Assembly: GCF_004010195.1 (NCBI RefSeq)
Contig: NC_057720.1
Location: forward strand, 33,408,195-33,472,194
Source of the DNA: Chiloscyllium plagiosum
Taxonomy: Eukaryota
DNA: 64,000 bases
Direction: 5' to 3'
Position 1 is the stretch's first letter; every line of letters begins with the position of its first letter. Made by a program: the position numbers and the translations under genes. The notes under the pieces were generated by a model. That model ran no database searches and was not told the origin of the DNA. It saw only the letters and a program-made list of their open reading frames with translations. Of the stretch, positions 37,507 through 50,419 are shown piece after piece.

Positions 37507-37996
37507 GATGACGACCAGACTACTCCGCCTCTCGGCATCATGGTAGCCCACAAACCTATAACCACACTGAAACAGCTCCTGATGAATTTAAAGGATCCCG
37601 AACCAACCACCAGCAGGACAAATGTCACATACAAAATACTCTGCAAGGACTGAGAAATCATTACATTGAACAAATGGGCAGGAAGCTAGCCACCAGGACA
37701 CATGAGTACCAACTAGCCACCAAAAGATGTGACCAACTATCACTAGTATCCTTACACACAGACGAAAAGGGACACCAGTTAGACTGGGACAATACATCCA
37801 TCCTAGGACAGGCTAAATAAAGACATGCACGGGAATTCCTAGAGGCCTGGCTTTCAAAAAAAGACGTATCCCTCCACCTTCCTGCCTGATAGTAGCTCAC
37901 ACTGCCAATGCTCTTAGTCTTGTTTTTGTCTTCCCTGCAAACTGAAAGGTTGCAGCCGAGGTATAGTGAATACCTTAAGTGGCAGTTCATATCCAG
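37507..37996. repeat. Inverted chimeric copy of 34549-34690 joined to 35264-35613
   Basis: Direct comparison: 37855-37996 is the gap-free reverse complement of 34549-34690; 37507-37855 is the reverse complement of 35264-35613. Confidence 0.88.
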
Positions 37997-39444
37997 CTAG
38001 GCTTGTGGTTGGGCTGAATTCAAAGCAGGTCACATGGTCCCCATAACTGCTCCATTTAACTTTAGGTTAAAGAGAGAATCCAAAAAATCAAAGAAAAAAT
38101 CAGAGAAAACTCTGTATTTGTTGCATCTGAGCCATGTTGATAAAGCAAAAGGTCACGAGCTTTGTGATGTAGGAATTAATGCTGGGGACATTGTCTGAAT
38201 GAATTGCTGTTCCCAAAAGTAAAGCTACATAAGTTTGAGTATGTATCAGATAATAACATAAATAACAAAGATCTGGATAGTGAAAAAAAATGTAATGTGA
38301 AAACATTCTGGAATACAGAAACGGGAGTAGGCCATTCAACCTTGGAACCTACACTTCCATTCAATTAATTTATCACAGAGCTGATACCTCGACTTCATTT
38401 ACCCATTTTAGCTCCTTATCAATTTTTAGGCTGACCTATTAAAAATCTCTTGCTTATACTAATGTAAAAGTCAATTTTCTAATCCAAAATGTTTGGTGAA
38501 AAAAATAAAAGCTCACTGTTTATACCCATAACATTTTGAAAATATTGAAATGTAACCTTTCCCATTGCTTTGCTATGGCTGAATTGTCAAGTCAGAGACT
38601 GTTCCCGTCAACCCACCCTTAAAAGTGTAATGAAGATGAAATAATTAGGCAAGTTAGCCTGGAGAGGTGTCCACCCCCTTCTTGCCACTTTATTAATTAA
38701 CTGCTGGGAGACAAGATCCACTGCAAACATTTGACCAACAGTTAATGAACAGATAAGGGCCTCAACTTGCCAAAGGCCCAATTACCTGCCTGCCATATTC
38801 GGATGGTGGGCATCGATTTTGCTCCATTCTTGGAGAAATCTGAGGCATGAAATGAGGGTGAGGGTGAGGGTTAGGCTGAGTGGTTGACCTCTGAAAGCCA
38901 ACCTCTGACCTTGCCTGCAACATCCCCTCTCCTTGCAACCTTCACACACAAGAAGCAAAAGGAAAAGACCCACTGTCTTGCCATTGGATCTCCTGAACAG
39001 TAGGCTTCAATTGATGGTCTTTAGGAAATGGAACTGATCGGCCTACGATTAGGCAGCACTTTCGGCAAGCTGGGATGCCACTTTCCAGATCTGCAGTTCA
39101 CCTTGAATCTTGCTGGTCAGTTCTTAAGTTGATTGGCATGCTATCCAGTGCATTTTCTCAGTGATGAGGGCAGTGTGTTAGACCCCCTCCCACACTTGGT
39201 CTGGTAAAGGGCCAGTAGTCAGGGGTAAATATAGGGTGGGGGAATGGGTCTGGGTGGGTTACTCTTCATAAGGTCGGTGTGAACTTGTTGGGCCAAATGA
39301 CCTGTTTCCACACTGTCGGGATTCTAAAAAAAATCAAAATCTCTATATCTATCCTATTGAATGCTTTTAAAGTTTTAAACTACCCAAACAAATCACACTT
39401 TAAACTTCTACCTTCAAGAGATTACAAGCAAAACTTAAAGATGC

Positions 39445-39860
39445 ATGAATTGGAGTAGGCCATTCAGCACTTCAACCCTGCTTTGTTACTCAACAAATTA
39501 TGTTTGACCTTTCGCCTTTACTTCACCTCTTGCACTATTCCCATATTCATTAATTCTCTTAAATTTGTCAATCTCTATCTTAAGTATACTCAATGACTGA
39601 GCATTCAATGCTGGTGGAAAGTTTGGAAGATTCACAAGCATTTACTTGTGTGAAGACGTTTCAGTCTGAAATGGCTGACCCTGATTCTGAGACCGCGACC
39701 CTGTGTTGTAGATTTTACAGCTGGGAAAACATTTCTCACCATCTAACCTGCCAAGTTCCTTCGAAAGTTTTGTATATTTCAATTAGATTACTTTTCATTC
39801 TCCTAAACTTTAGGGAATACAGATCTTGACTCAATCTCTCTCCATAGACACATCTTTCTT
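39445..39860 (-). mobile_element. Old CR1 3' fragment
   Basis: Reverse CR1 tail ggagtaggccattcag... Confidence 0.65.
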
Positions 39861-40594
39861 TCCAGCAATGAGCCCTGTATTGTGTATTCTTTTATCACAC
39901 TAGTGCTAAAACATAAGAACGGATCTTATAGCCAATTTTAAAAGCCTTTTTGATTTAGGGACAATAGGCACTGTATCACTGCTGCCATCGTAGTGACAAA
40001 TAAGATGTGCTTTATCTAAGATTGAAAGACTTCTTTCTTGAATACATCAATCAGAAATGGGGCAAATACTGATTTATTTGTCCCCTTTCTATACCAGTAA
40101 GTGATGCTATTTTCTCCAGATGCAACAAAATAACAAAATAATTGTAGATAACTAGTGATGTATCAGCAAATAAGTATTTTTTCATAATAATATCACAATT
40201 GTCATTTCTCTGGGCTGATATCCATGGTCAGTTTCCATTCCAAATAATGGGTTGTTGCTTCAGTTACTGCTGCAAAAGTGACACTTCTGTAAAGTAGTAC
40301 ATTAATTTATAAATCTTTCATCATTATTCAAATCCACTTCATCAATCAGCCTATGGCACAGCAGTGACTGACAAAGGGCAACTTTCATATTAGTTTGCAC
40401 TTGCACAGAAATCTTAATGCGAAGTCAGATTCAGAGGGGTACTGGTGCACTCACAGTTTTGTGGTCAAAAACCCTACAAACTTCAGGGCACAAAGAATCA
40501 ATTTCCAGAAGCAGTTGGAGGGGATTAAGAGACATAAATTATTTGGTGAAAGGAATTTGTCTTGTTCTCAAAATTACTTGTATGCTGCCAACAG

Positions 40595-40688
40595 CGAAGA
40601 ACTCCTGCCCGAAACGTCGATTTTCCTGCTCCTCGGATGCTGCCTGACCTGCTGTGCTTTTCTAGCACCACTCCAATCTTGACTCTAC
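40595..40688 (+). mobile_element. Family-A PLE tail stub
   Basis: gcccgaaacgtcgattttcctgctcctcggatgctgcctgacctgctgtg. Confidence 0.8.
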
Positions 40689-41587
40689 AAGTGCACTACA
40701 TTGGTTAAATAGATTATTTTGCTGCTTGAGATGAAACTGGTTACATTTTGGTGCACAATCTTTCAAAAACTAATTCCAGTGAAAAGATACATGCTAATGT
40801 TAAGACGAAATTGTGAGCTCTCAACATAAAAATGTAGAAGATGGAAGAGGATGCACAGATTGAATTAAAAGTGGGCAGTTAGTTGATGCTAAAAGGAGAT
40901 TGGGCACAAATTGTTAGTGGAGATGCTGCAGAATAGAATATGAGTAGGAAACAACAAATTGAATGGACATAAAAACAGATATGTTTTGGTTTGTCTTGTT
41001 TTATTTGTCAGTTACTATTTTTAAGAAGCTATTTCATCCAAATTATTTAGAATAGCTAACAACCTGTGTAAATTTACAAAAAAAACGAAATCCTTAATTG
41101 TATTTATAATTCAGATTTTAGCATGCCACAATCAAATATTTAACTGACTACACAAAAATACATTTGGAATTTGGCAAAATGGGTGCATTTTCTGATTATA
41201 TGGCCACACAATGTTTACCATTCATAAGAACAGTACACATATTGTTCACTCAATGCAAGACTTGTTCAGAATATTCATTAGGAGTGCCCTTTGCTCTCAT
41301 TTTTTCAGTTATGTTGCAGTAACTATTTGAACTTAGAATTACTTTGCAGTGATCCCATAATCTGATTTGCAGTGCAACCATTGTATTTATACAGCGGCAT
41401 TAATATGTACAAAGTTCTAAAGCTCTTCACAAAGACATTATTAAAAAAATTGACATTAGCCCGCACATTAGGGTAAAAGATCAAGTATTTGGATGAAGAG
41501 AAAGGTTTTACAGAGTGAAAGGAGGAAACTGAGGTAGATAGTCAGACAGGTATAGAGATAAAGTTCCTGGGTTTAGATTCAAGAATA

Positions 41588-41866
41588 CGGTGACTCAGTG
41601 GTTAGCACTGCTGCCTCACACAACCAGGGACTGGTTCAATTCCAGCCTCGGGTGACTGTCTGTGTGGAGTTTGCATATTCTCCCTGTGTCTGCGTGGGTT
41701 ACCTCCCATGGTCACAAAGATGTGCAGGTCAAGTGAATTGGCCATGTTAAATTGCCCATAGTGTTAGGTGCATTAGTCAGAGGGGGGTGGGTTGCTCTTC
41801 GGAGGGTTGGTGTGGACTTGTTGGGCCAAAGGGCCTATTTCCACACTGTAGGGAATCTAATCTAAT
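41588..41866 (+). mobile_element. HE1 SINE inserted in an old minus-strand L2-like remnant (about 41380-42350)
   Basis: HE1 head, V-domain and tail; the flanks resemble 56205-57400. Confidence 0.8.
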
Positions 41867-42389
41867 CCTGGGCATCTGAAGACATGACTATCAATGACAG
41901 AGTATTTATAATAAAAGATGTACAAGGTGCTGGAATTTGAGAACCACAAATATCATGGTGAAGTATTGGGGAGCTAGGTGGTGCGCAGCAGTGGAGGAGA
42001 TTATACAGGTAAGGAAAGATAACATCGTGGAAGCATTTGAAAACAAGGATGAGAATGTCTAAATTGAGGCAATATATAAATATGAATCAATGTAAATCAG
42101 CAAGATTCAGGATTATGGGTGAACAAGTTTTGGTGCAAGTTGAGATGTCGGCAATAGAATCTTGGACGATCTCAAGTTTGCAGATGGTAGAATGTGGAAG
42201 GACAACCCAGGCATAGTTTAGCATTGTGAATTCTGTAGATAACAAAGGAATTATTGAGAGTTTCAGCAGTAGAAGACAGAGTTAGCTGATGTTATGACGA
42301 CAGGAATATTTGATATTAGTACTGTGCAAACATGGGTTGAAAGCTAATCTAGAAACATAATTATGTGTAGCCATGAAGGAAACTTATGT

Positions 42390-42628
42390 GGGGAGATGAT
42401 AGCCTAGTGGTATGAACCCAGGTTCAAAACCCACGATGGCAGATGGTGGAATGTGAATTCAATGAAAGAAAATGGAATTAAGGGTCTATTGATGACCATA
42501 AGTCTGTTGCCAATGTTTGGGGAAAACCCATCTGGTCCACTTATGCATCTAGGGAAGGAAACTGCCATCCTTACCTAGGATGGCCTACATGTGACTCCAG
42601 ACCCATAGCAATGTGGCTGACTTTTAAT
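42390..42628 (+). mobile_element. tRNA-derived SINE (L2-tail family), 3'-truncated
   Basis: tagcctagtgg...ggttcaaaaccc head; body shared with 14445-14750. Confidence 0.7.
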
Positions 42629-42629
42629 C

Positions 42630-44620
42630 CAGGGGTTGGTTCTGGGTCCTCTTTTTTTTATATATAAATGATTTGGATGAGAACATAGAAGGCATTGTGA
42701 GTACATTTGCAGACGACACCAAAATAAGTGACACAGTTGACAGTGAAGAAGGTTTTCTAAGATTACAAAAGTATCTTGATCAAATGGGTCAATGGACTGA
42801 AAAATGGCAGATGGAGTTCAATCTGGATAAATGCAAGGTATTGAAATTTGCTACCAGAAACAAGGTTAGGGCTTATACAATTACTGTGAGGGCCTTGGGT
42901 GTGTTGTAGAACAGTGGGACCATGAGTTCAGGGTGCGTAATTCATTGAAGTTTGCATCACATATAGACAGGGTGGTTAAAAAGACGTTTGGCAACTTGCC
43001 TTCATTATTCAGTCCTTTGAATAAAGGAGTTGAGAAGTCATGCTGAGGTTGTAGAGGACATTGGTGAAGTCTCTTCTGGAATACTGTGTCCAGTTCTGGT
43101 TGCCCAGGTATAGAAAGGATATTATTCAGCTGGACAGGGTTCAGAAGAGGTTTGCCAGGATGTTCTAACTAATAGGAAACAGACAGTTGGGATAAGTGGG
43201 TGTTTCCCTGTTTGGAGATCAGTGGTGAGCAGGGTGCCACAGGGGTCAGTGTTGGCCCACAACTGTTCATGATATATATAAATGATTTGGAAGAGGAGAC
43301 CGAGTGTAATGTATCCAAGTTTGCTGATGATACTAAACTGAGTGGAAAGGCAAACTGTGCAGAGGATGTGGAGGGTCTGTAGAGAGATTTACATAGGTTA
43401 AGTAAATGGACAAGGATCTGGCAGATGGAGTACAATGTTGGTAAATGTGAGGTTATCCACTTTGGAAGTATAAATAGTAGGTCGGAGTATCATTCAATTG
43501 GTGAAAAATTGAAGCATGCTGTTGTGCACATGCGCTCGTACATGAATCACTAAAAGTTGATTTGCAGGTGCAACAGGTAATCAGGGAGGCAAATGGATTA
43601 TTGGCCTTCATTGCTAGAAGAATTTAGTTTAAGAGCTGCAATTATATAAGGTGGTGGTAAGGCCATGCCTGGAGTGTTGTGCGCAGTTCTGGTCTCCTTA
43701 CTTGAGGAAGGATGTACTGGCTTTGGAGGTGGTGAAGAGGAGGTTCATCAGGTTGATTCCGGAGATGAGGGTGTTACCCTATGAAGAGAGGTTGAGCGAC
43801 CTAGGACTGTACTCACTAGAATTTAGAAGTATGAGAGGGAATCTCATAGAAACATATAAAATTATGAAAGGGATAGATAGGATAGAGGCAGGTTTCCGCT
43901 GGTGAGTGAGCCTAAGAATAGGGACATGGCCTCAAGATTAGGGGCGTACATTTAGGACAGAGATGAAGAGGAACTGCTTTTCCCAGAGAGTAGTGAATCT
44001 ATGGAATTCTTTGCCCAAGGGAGCAGTAGAAGAATCTTCATTAAGTATATTCAAGACACAATTGACTGGGTTTTTGCCTGGTAGAGGAATTAAGGTTTAT
44101 GGGGATAATGCAGGTAGGAGGAGCTGAGACGATGATCTTAATGAATGATCAGTCATGGTCTTAATGAATGGTGGAGCAGGCTCAATGGGCCAAATGGCCT
44201 ACTCTTGCTTCTATTACTATAAAATTATGAAAGGTTTGAGTTATGAAAAAAGGCTGGATAGACTGGGACTTTTTTCACTGGAGCATAGGAAGTTGAGAGG
44301 TGACCTTAAAGAAGTTTATAAAATAATGAGGGGTAGAGATAGAGTTCATGGTCATTGTCTTTTCCCTTGGATAGGGGATTTCAAGGCTGGGGGCACATTT
44401 TTAAAGTGACATAAGAGAAATTTAAAAAAGACATGGGGGCAATTTGTTTTTACGCAGAGGGTGGTTCGCGTGAGGAATGAACTTCTTGAGGAGGTGATGG
44501 ATGTGGGTACAATTACAACATTTAAAAGACATTTGGACAGATACATGAATAGCAAAGGTTTGGAGGGATATGGGCCAGGAGCAGGCAGGTGGAACTTGTT
44601 TAGTTTGGGATTATGGCATG
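42630..44620 (+). mobile_element. Nested CR1 copies (one at about 43170-44220 inside another)
   Basis: Two separate FADD..WQME blocks and two 3' tails; RPCLECCAQFWSPYLRKD. Confidence 0.88.
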
Positions 44621-46199
44621 GAATCTCTTAAAAACAATTTGGGATGGACAATAAATGCTGGCCTAGTCAGTGATGCCCTGATCCTATGAACAAATTTTTA
44701 AAAAATGTGCAGCCTAATGCTTCCTGAGCTGCTGGAACCATTGAAATTCCATTTCAAGGGATACAACTCATTACAATTCTGTAAATAGACTGCAGTGGTT
44801 CAAGAAAGCAGTACTCCTCTAATTTTTACAGGGCTACTAGGGACCAGCAATAAATGCTAGGCCAGGAAGCAATGCCACATCCCATGAGTAATGATTTTTT
44901 AAAAAATAGTATATCTAAACTTTTGATAGACATATTTCTGGGTTCGAAGGATAACTCTCCAAAGTCTGTTCACCATTTAGCATGCTCTAGTCAGATGGAA
45001 TGCTCCCCACTTTCCTAAATTGGTACAACTCCAACAACATAGAAGAAGCTTGGCTCCATCCAACACAAAATAACCCTCCTTGATTGCTATTATATCCACA
45101 AGTATTCATTCCTTTTACCACTAATGCAGTGGCAGCAGCTTGTACCATCTACAAATTATGCTGCAGAAATTATATATTCTTTCCTCAGAAATGTTAGTAG
45201 CTGAACTGAATAAATTCTGTATAAATGTTTGCTTTGGTTTGATTTGATTAAATACCCTTTCTTGCTCCATGCTGACTTATGTCTCAATGAAAGTCCTAAA
45301 ACTCCAGAAAGATGAAAGCAAGGTGTTGGTTAGAGTCTTTGATCATCTCATTTACAGTAACTGCCTTAACCTTCCATCCATTTTACAGTCTAAAAGTCTG
45401 GCTTCTGTTCAAAGGATTACTTGGGTTAATTGGAAGAACATGTTACAGATAGGAATGCAATCAACATATTGTCAAAATCTCTTTTAATCTTGAGGCTCAC
45501 TTAATGCTTGCCAATTTTTTTTTAAGTCCTCCAATGCTGCATTCAAATTTTAATTTTAAAGGAAGGAAGGTAGAAAGCAAACTACAAAGAATACTCTCTG
45601 GTTAAAGCTAGAATTATCTGAAAATACGTCTACCAAATAAATCAATCAACTTTGTTAATTAAAATGGCATTAGTGTTGTTTCTTTGTTGAACTCTCTTTT
45701 GCTTCAAAGCTGTCCCACTAATGTCAGTTAAGAGAAGGGTTGATTACATGCTAAAGCAGCTTTGTCCATTTCTATAGATTTAGTTACTGCAGAGCTGCAT
45801 GAGTGAATATTCAACCTGTGCAGTTTTATTATTTTCCTGTCCATTTTTGTAGCCTTAGTTTACCAGCAACCACTGTTATAAAATGGTAGAATAATGAATT
45901 ATGATGTGCTTTCCTATCTACTAATGTTAAGGAAGACCATCAAATGGAGACAAGTACTTTTACAGAAGGATGAATGATTAATCAATGCCAAAGTTCAGGT
46001 TACTACTTCGAGATGGTACCAGGATAGTTCTGATAGTATGTTACCTATTCATCTTCTCAACTGAATTAATAATAGCGGTTCTTGCACCAAAGGACCACAA
46101 AGTAACTTAAAAGGCAGAAGACAAATTTTTTAAAAATTCCGAGGAAATTACTTTCTAATTGTGATGTTTTATTGCTTCATCATACCATGAGTACTGGAC

Positions 46200-46830
46200 A
46201 ATTTTTAAATTCATTCAGAAAACATGGGCTTTGCTGGCTGGGCCTGCAATTATTGCTCACCCCCATTGCCCTTAAGAAGGTGTGGGTAAGCTGTCTTCTT
46301 GAACCTCAGCAGTCCATTTACTGTCAGGAGAGAATTCCAGTGACCCAGTGATATTGCAGGAATGGCAATATATAGGAGAGGGACTTGCAGGAGGTGGTGT
46401 TCCCAAATATTGGCTGCCGTTGACCTTCTGGGTGGTAATTGTCATGTGTTTGGAAGATCTAACTAGCATTGTTAAATTTCTGCAATACATCTTGTAGAAG
46501 GTGCTCACTGCTGCTTCTGTGTTGGTAGAGAAGGGAGTGAATGCTGTGGATATCTTGGCAATCAACAGCTGTTTTGAGGTAGATGGTGTCAAGCTTCTTC
46601 AATGTTGTTGGAGCTACACTTATCCAGACAAGTGGGGAGCATTCCATTGCACTTCTAACTTGAGCCTTGTAAATGGTGAATGGACTTTGGGAAATCAGGG
46701 GTGAGATACTCACTGTAAGATTTCTAGGCTCTGACCTGCTCTTGTAGCTATGGCTAGTCCAGTTAAGTTTTTGGTCAGTGGTAACTCCCAGGATTGTGAT
46801 AACGGGAGATTGAGTGATGACGATGATGCC
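46200..46830 (-). mobile_element. L2-group LINE 3' fragment
   Basis: ILGVTTDQKLNWTSH..TIYKAQVRSAMECSPLVW. Confidence 0.8.
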
Positions 46831-46859
46831 ATCTGTATGGCCTATCATTTCTCCGCCAG

Positions 46860-47575
46860 TCTTCAAATACCCATCTATCATAATCCCATTTTTCATTCCT
46901 TGCCCTACAGCCTTGTATGCTATGGCATTTCAAGTGTTCAGCTAAATAGTTCTTTAATGTCTTGAGAGTTCCCACCTCTACCACTCTCTTCGGTGGTGAG
47001 TTCCAGATATACAAATTCTCTGGTGAAAAATTACTTTTTTTTCAAATCCCCTTTAAATAGGCTGATCCTTTCCTTAAAACTATGTCCCCTGGTCTTTGAC
47101 CCCTGAACAAAAGGGAATAATTTCTCCCTGTCTACACCATCTATGCCACTGAGAACTTTGCACACCTCAATCAGGTCCCCTCAACCTTCTCTGCTCTAAG
47201 GAAAATAACATCAACCTGTCTAATCTCTTTTCGTAACTGGATTGATCCAGGCCAGAAAACATCAATTCTCCTGCTCCTCGGATGCTGCCTGACATGCTGT
47301 GCTTTCCAGCGCCACACTGTTTGATTCGGGCCAGGCAACATCCTGGTGAGTCTTTTCTGCACCTTTTTAGTGCAATCACATCCTTAACTTTTTAGTGCAA
47401 TCACATCCTTAACTTCCTGAAGAAGGGCCTGTGCCCGAAACGTCGAATCTCCTGTTCCCTGGATGCTGCCTGACCTGCTGTGCTGTTCCAGCAATAAAGT
47501 TTCAACTTTGATCTCCAGCATCTGCAGACCTCACTTTCTCCTCCTAGTGCAATCACATCCTTAACTGTGTGGCAT
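46860..47575 (-). mobile_element. CR1 3' fragment hosting two family-A PLE tails
   Basis: SYEKRLDRLMLFSLEQRRLRG; inserts at about 47250-47325 and 47415-47544. Confidence 0.8.
47414..47447 (+). ncRNA. Minimal type-I hammerhead ribozyme motif, intact core (family A)
   Basis: ttc-CTGAAGA-A-GGGC-ctgt-GCCC-GAAA-CG-TC-gaa: stem I TTC/GAA, stem II GGGC/GCCC, palindromic ACGT in place of stem III. Confidence 0.75.
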
Positions 47576-47759
47576 GAATGTTATTTGATATTTCTTAGCC
47601 TGAACCTGGATATCTGTGGGACATCTTTTGATGAAGAGTCATCAAACTTGAAACATTAACTCTGCTTTCTTCCCACAAATGCTGCCAGACATGTTTTTCC
47701 AGCAATCTCTGTTTTTGATTCATATCTCCAGCATCCACAGTTGTCTGTTTTATCATAAA

Positions 47760-49260
47760 CCTGAGTATTGTCCAGGTCCAACTGCATTTTCAGTCTCTGA
47801 AGAGTCATGAATTGTACTGGACATTGTGCATCATCAGTGAACATTCCCACTTTGACCTTCCGATCGATGGAAATTCATTGATGATACAGTTGAAGGTGGA
47901 TGGACTTATGATCATACTCTAAAGAACTTCTTCAGAGATGTCCTTGAGCTGAGATGACTGGGTTCCATCACCTCAACCATCTTCCATTGTGCAAGGTATG
48001 ACTGTAAACAATGGACAATTAACCCCAGACCCCATTTACTCCAGTTTTGCCAGGATTCTTTGATTAGGAGAAAGTGATGACTGCAGATACTGGAGAGTCA
48101 GAGTTGAAAAGCGTGGTGCTGGAAAAAGCACAGCTGGTCAGGCAGCATCCGAGGAGCAAGAGAGTCAATGTTGCCTGATGAAGGGCTTATGTCCAAAATG
48201 TCGATTCTCCTGCTCCTCGGATGCTGCTTGACCAGCTGTGCCTTTTCCAGCACTACACTTTTCGACCCAGGAGTCTTTGATGCCAAATTGGTCTAATGCT
48301 GCCTTGAAATTAAGGGCAATTACTTCTTCTCCCCATTGGAGGCCATCTTTTTTGATAATATTTGGACCAAGGCAGTAACGAGGTCAGGAACTGGATGGTT
48401 TTGGCAGCAAACTGAACCCAAAATGAACATCAGTGAGCAGGTCATTTCTGAGCAAGTGTTGCTTGATAGCACTGTTGATGGCATCTTTCATCACAATATG
48501 ATTGAGAAAAGACTGATGGGGTGTAATTGGCTGGGTTGGATTTGTTCTGCTTTTTATGTACAAGACATACCTGGACAATTTTCTAGGAACATACCAGTTT
48601 TGTAGATGTATTGAGACAGATTGGCGAGGGCATGACAAGTTCTGGAGCATGCATCTTCTGTACTATTGCCTGAATATTGTCAGGACCCATAATGTATTAA
48701 ATTTGCCAAACCCTGGCATCTATGAAGCTGGGGACCACCAGAGATGGCCAAGATGGATCATCCACTTGGCAAATTATTGCAAATGCTTGAGCTTTATCTC
48801 TTGCACAATACGTTAGGTTCTTCCATTGTTGAAGATGGTATTTGTGAAGCCTTCTCCTCCAGTGAATTGCTTAATTTTTCACCACCATTCCTGGTTAGAT
48901 GTGGCAGGACTGCAGGTATTAGATCTGATATGTTGATTGTGGAATCGCTAGGCACCATCTATCACTTGCTGTTTTTGTTCAAGTAGTTCTGTAGTGTAGC
49001 TTCACCAGGATGACACTTAATTTTTAGATATGCTTTGTACTGCTTCTGGCATGCCCTCTTGCTTTCTTCATTAATCCCCTGATTTGATATTAAGAGTGGG
49101 CCTTTCCAGGCAACTCTGCCTCTGGTGATGGCCCACAGTGCCTCATAGATGCCCAATCTTGAGTTGCTAGATCTGTTCAAAATCTATCCCACTTAGCACA
49201 GTGGTAGCACCACACAACAGGATGGATGGTATCCTCAATGACAAGATGGAACTTAGCCTT
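47760..49260 (-). mobile_element. L2-group LINE ORF2 remnant
   Basis: VMKDAINSAIKQHLLRNDLLTDVHFGF, homologous to 3100-3640. Confidence 0.8.
48065..48266. mobile_element. Palindromic family-A PLE-tail insertion with TSD
   Basis: ccagga(t/g)tctttgat at 48050-48064 and 48267-48281; CTGATGA at 48175. Confidence 0.85.
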
Positions 49261-49299
49261 CAATATTTGTTTATCTTATCTGATTCTATTGCAAACAGG

Positions 49300-49472
49300 A
49301 GAAAGTGAGGACCTCAGATGCTGGAGATCAGAGTTGAGAGTGTAGTGCTGGAAAAGCACAGCAGATCAGGCAGCATCTGAGGAGCAAGCCTGATGAAGGG
49401 CTTATGTCCGAACCATCGATTCTCCTGCTCTTCGGATGCTGCCTGACCTGCTGTGCTTTTCCAGCAATACAC
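49300..49472. mobile_element. Palindromic family-A PLE-tail insertion with TSD
   Basis: tctattgca(g)aacagg at 49285-49299 and 49473-49488; CTGATGA at 49390. Confidence 0.85.
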
Positions 49473-49718
49473 TCTATTGCAGAACAGGCCAGCATTGCCT
49501 GCAGCATCTCTGGAATGATTTCCAGTAAAATGTTTTAAATAATGACTTTACCACTCCTATATTTGAAGACTGGATTATCTTTTCCACATTTTAATCATGA
49601 ATACCTTCCCTGACAGATTTCTGTTGAAAGTGCAATGCCTGTCCAATTTACCATTTGCAAATGCTGACAGATTTTCTAGGGTTCATTTAAATAATTCAGT
49701 CAGCGTCTAATTGAGAGT

Positions 49719-49930
49719 CAAAAGGTGTGGCGCTATAAAAGCACAGCAGATTAGGCATCATCCGGGGAGCAGGGGAGTTGATGTTTTGGGCATAAGCCCA
49801 TCATTCCTGATGAAGGGCTTATGCCCGAAACGTGGACTCTCCTGCTCCTTGGATGCTGTCTGACCTGCTGTGCTTTTCCAGTGCCATTCTTTTCTACTCT
49901 GATCTCCAGCATCTGCAGTCCTCACTTTAA
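49719..49930. mobile_element. Palindromic family-A PLE-tail insertion with TSD
   Basis: cagMgtctRattgagagt at 49701-49718 and 49931-49948; CTGATGA-A-GGGC-ttat-GCCC-GAAA-CG-TG at 49807. Confidence 0.85.
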
Positions 49931-50419
49931 CAGAGTCTGATTGAGAGTTCACCAACCAGGGTGATGGTAAAATAAATATTTTTGGCTGGAAGACACAAAC
50001 ACAAATGACAGCTTAAAGGTTGATACATCAGGAACATTCAAATTCATAACTTAAGCTCACACAGGTTTTCAGAGACGATGGTTAAAGCGCAATGGCCGAA
50101 AGAGGTCCTGTTTGGGACAGAAAGGAGTAGGACATTTGAAAGAAATATTCAGACATGTTGGAAGGAGGTGGTCATTTTTATCTGCCACCTTTATGGCCCA
50201 ATATCTGGTAACTCATTACTTGGGACTATGACGGACACGGGTTCAGCTGAAGCATTCGGACTGTTTTCTGAAAGAAAAGAATGTGCAGGGATATGGGAGA
50301 AGACTAGAAAATGGCACTAAGTGAATTGCTCATTCAGTGAGTTAGTGCACATGTAGGGCTGACTAACCTCCTTCTGTGCTGAAGTAATTCTCTGATAAAA
50401 ACATATTATTCTTATTCAC

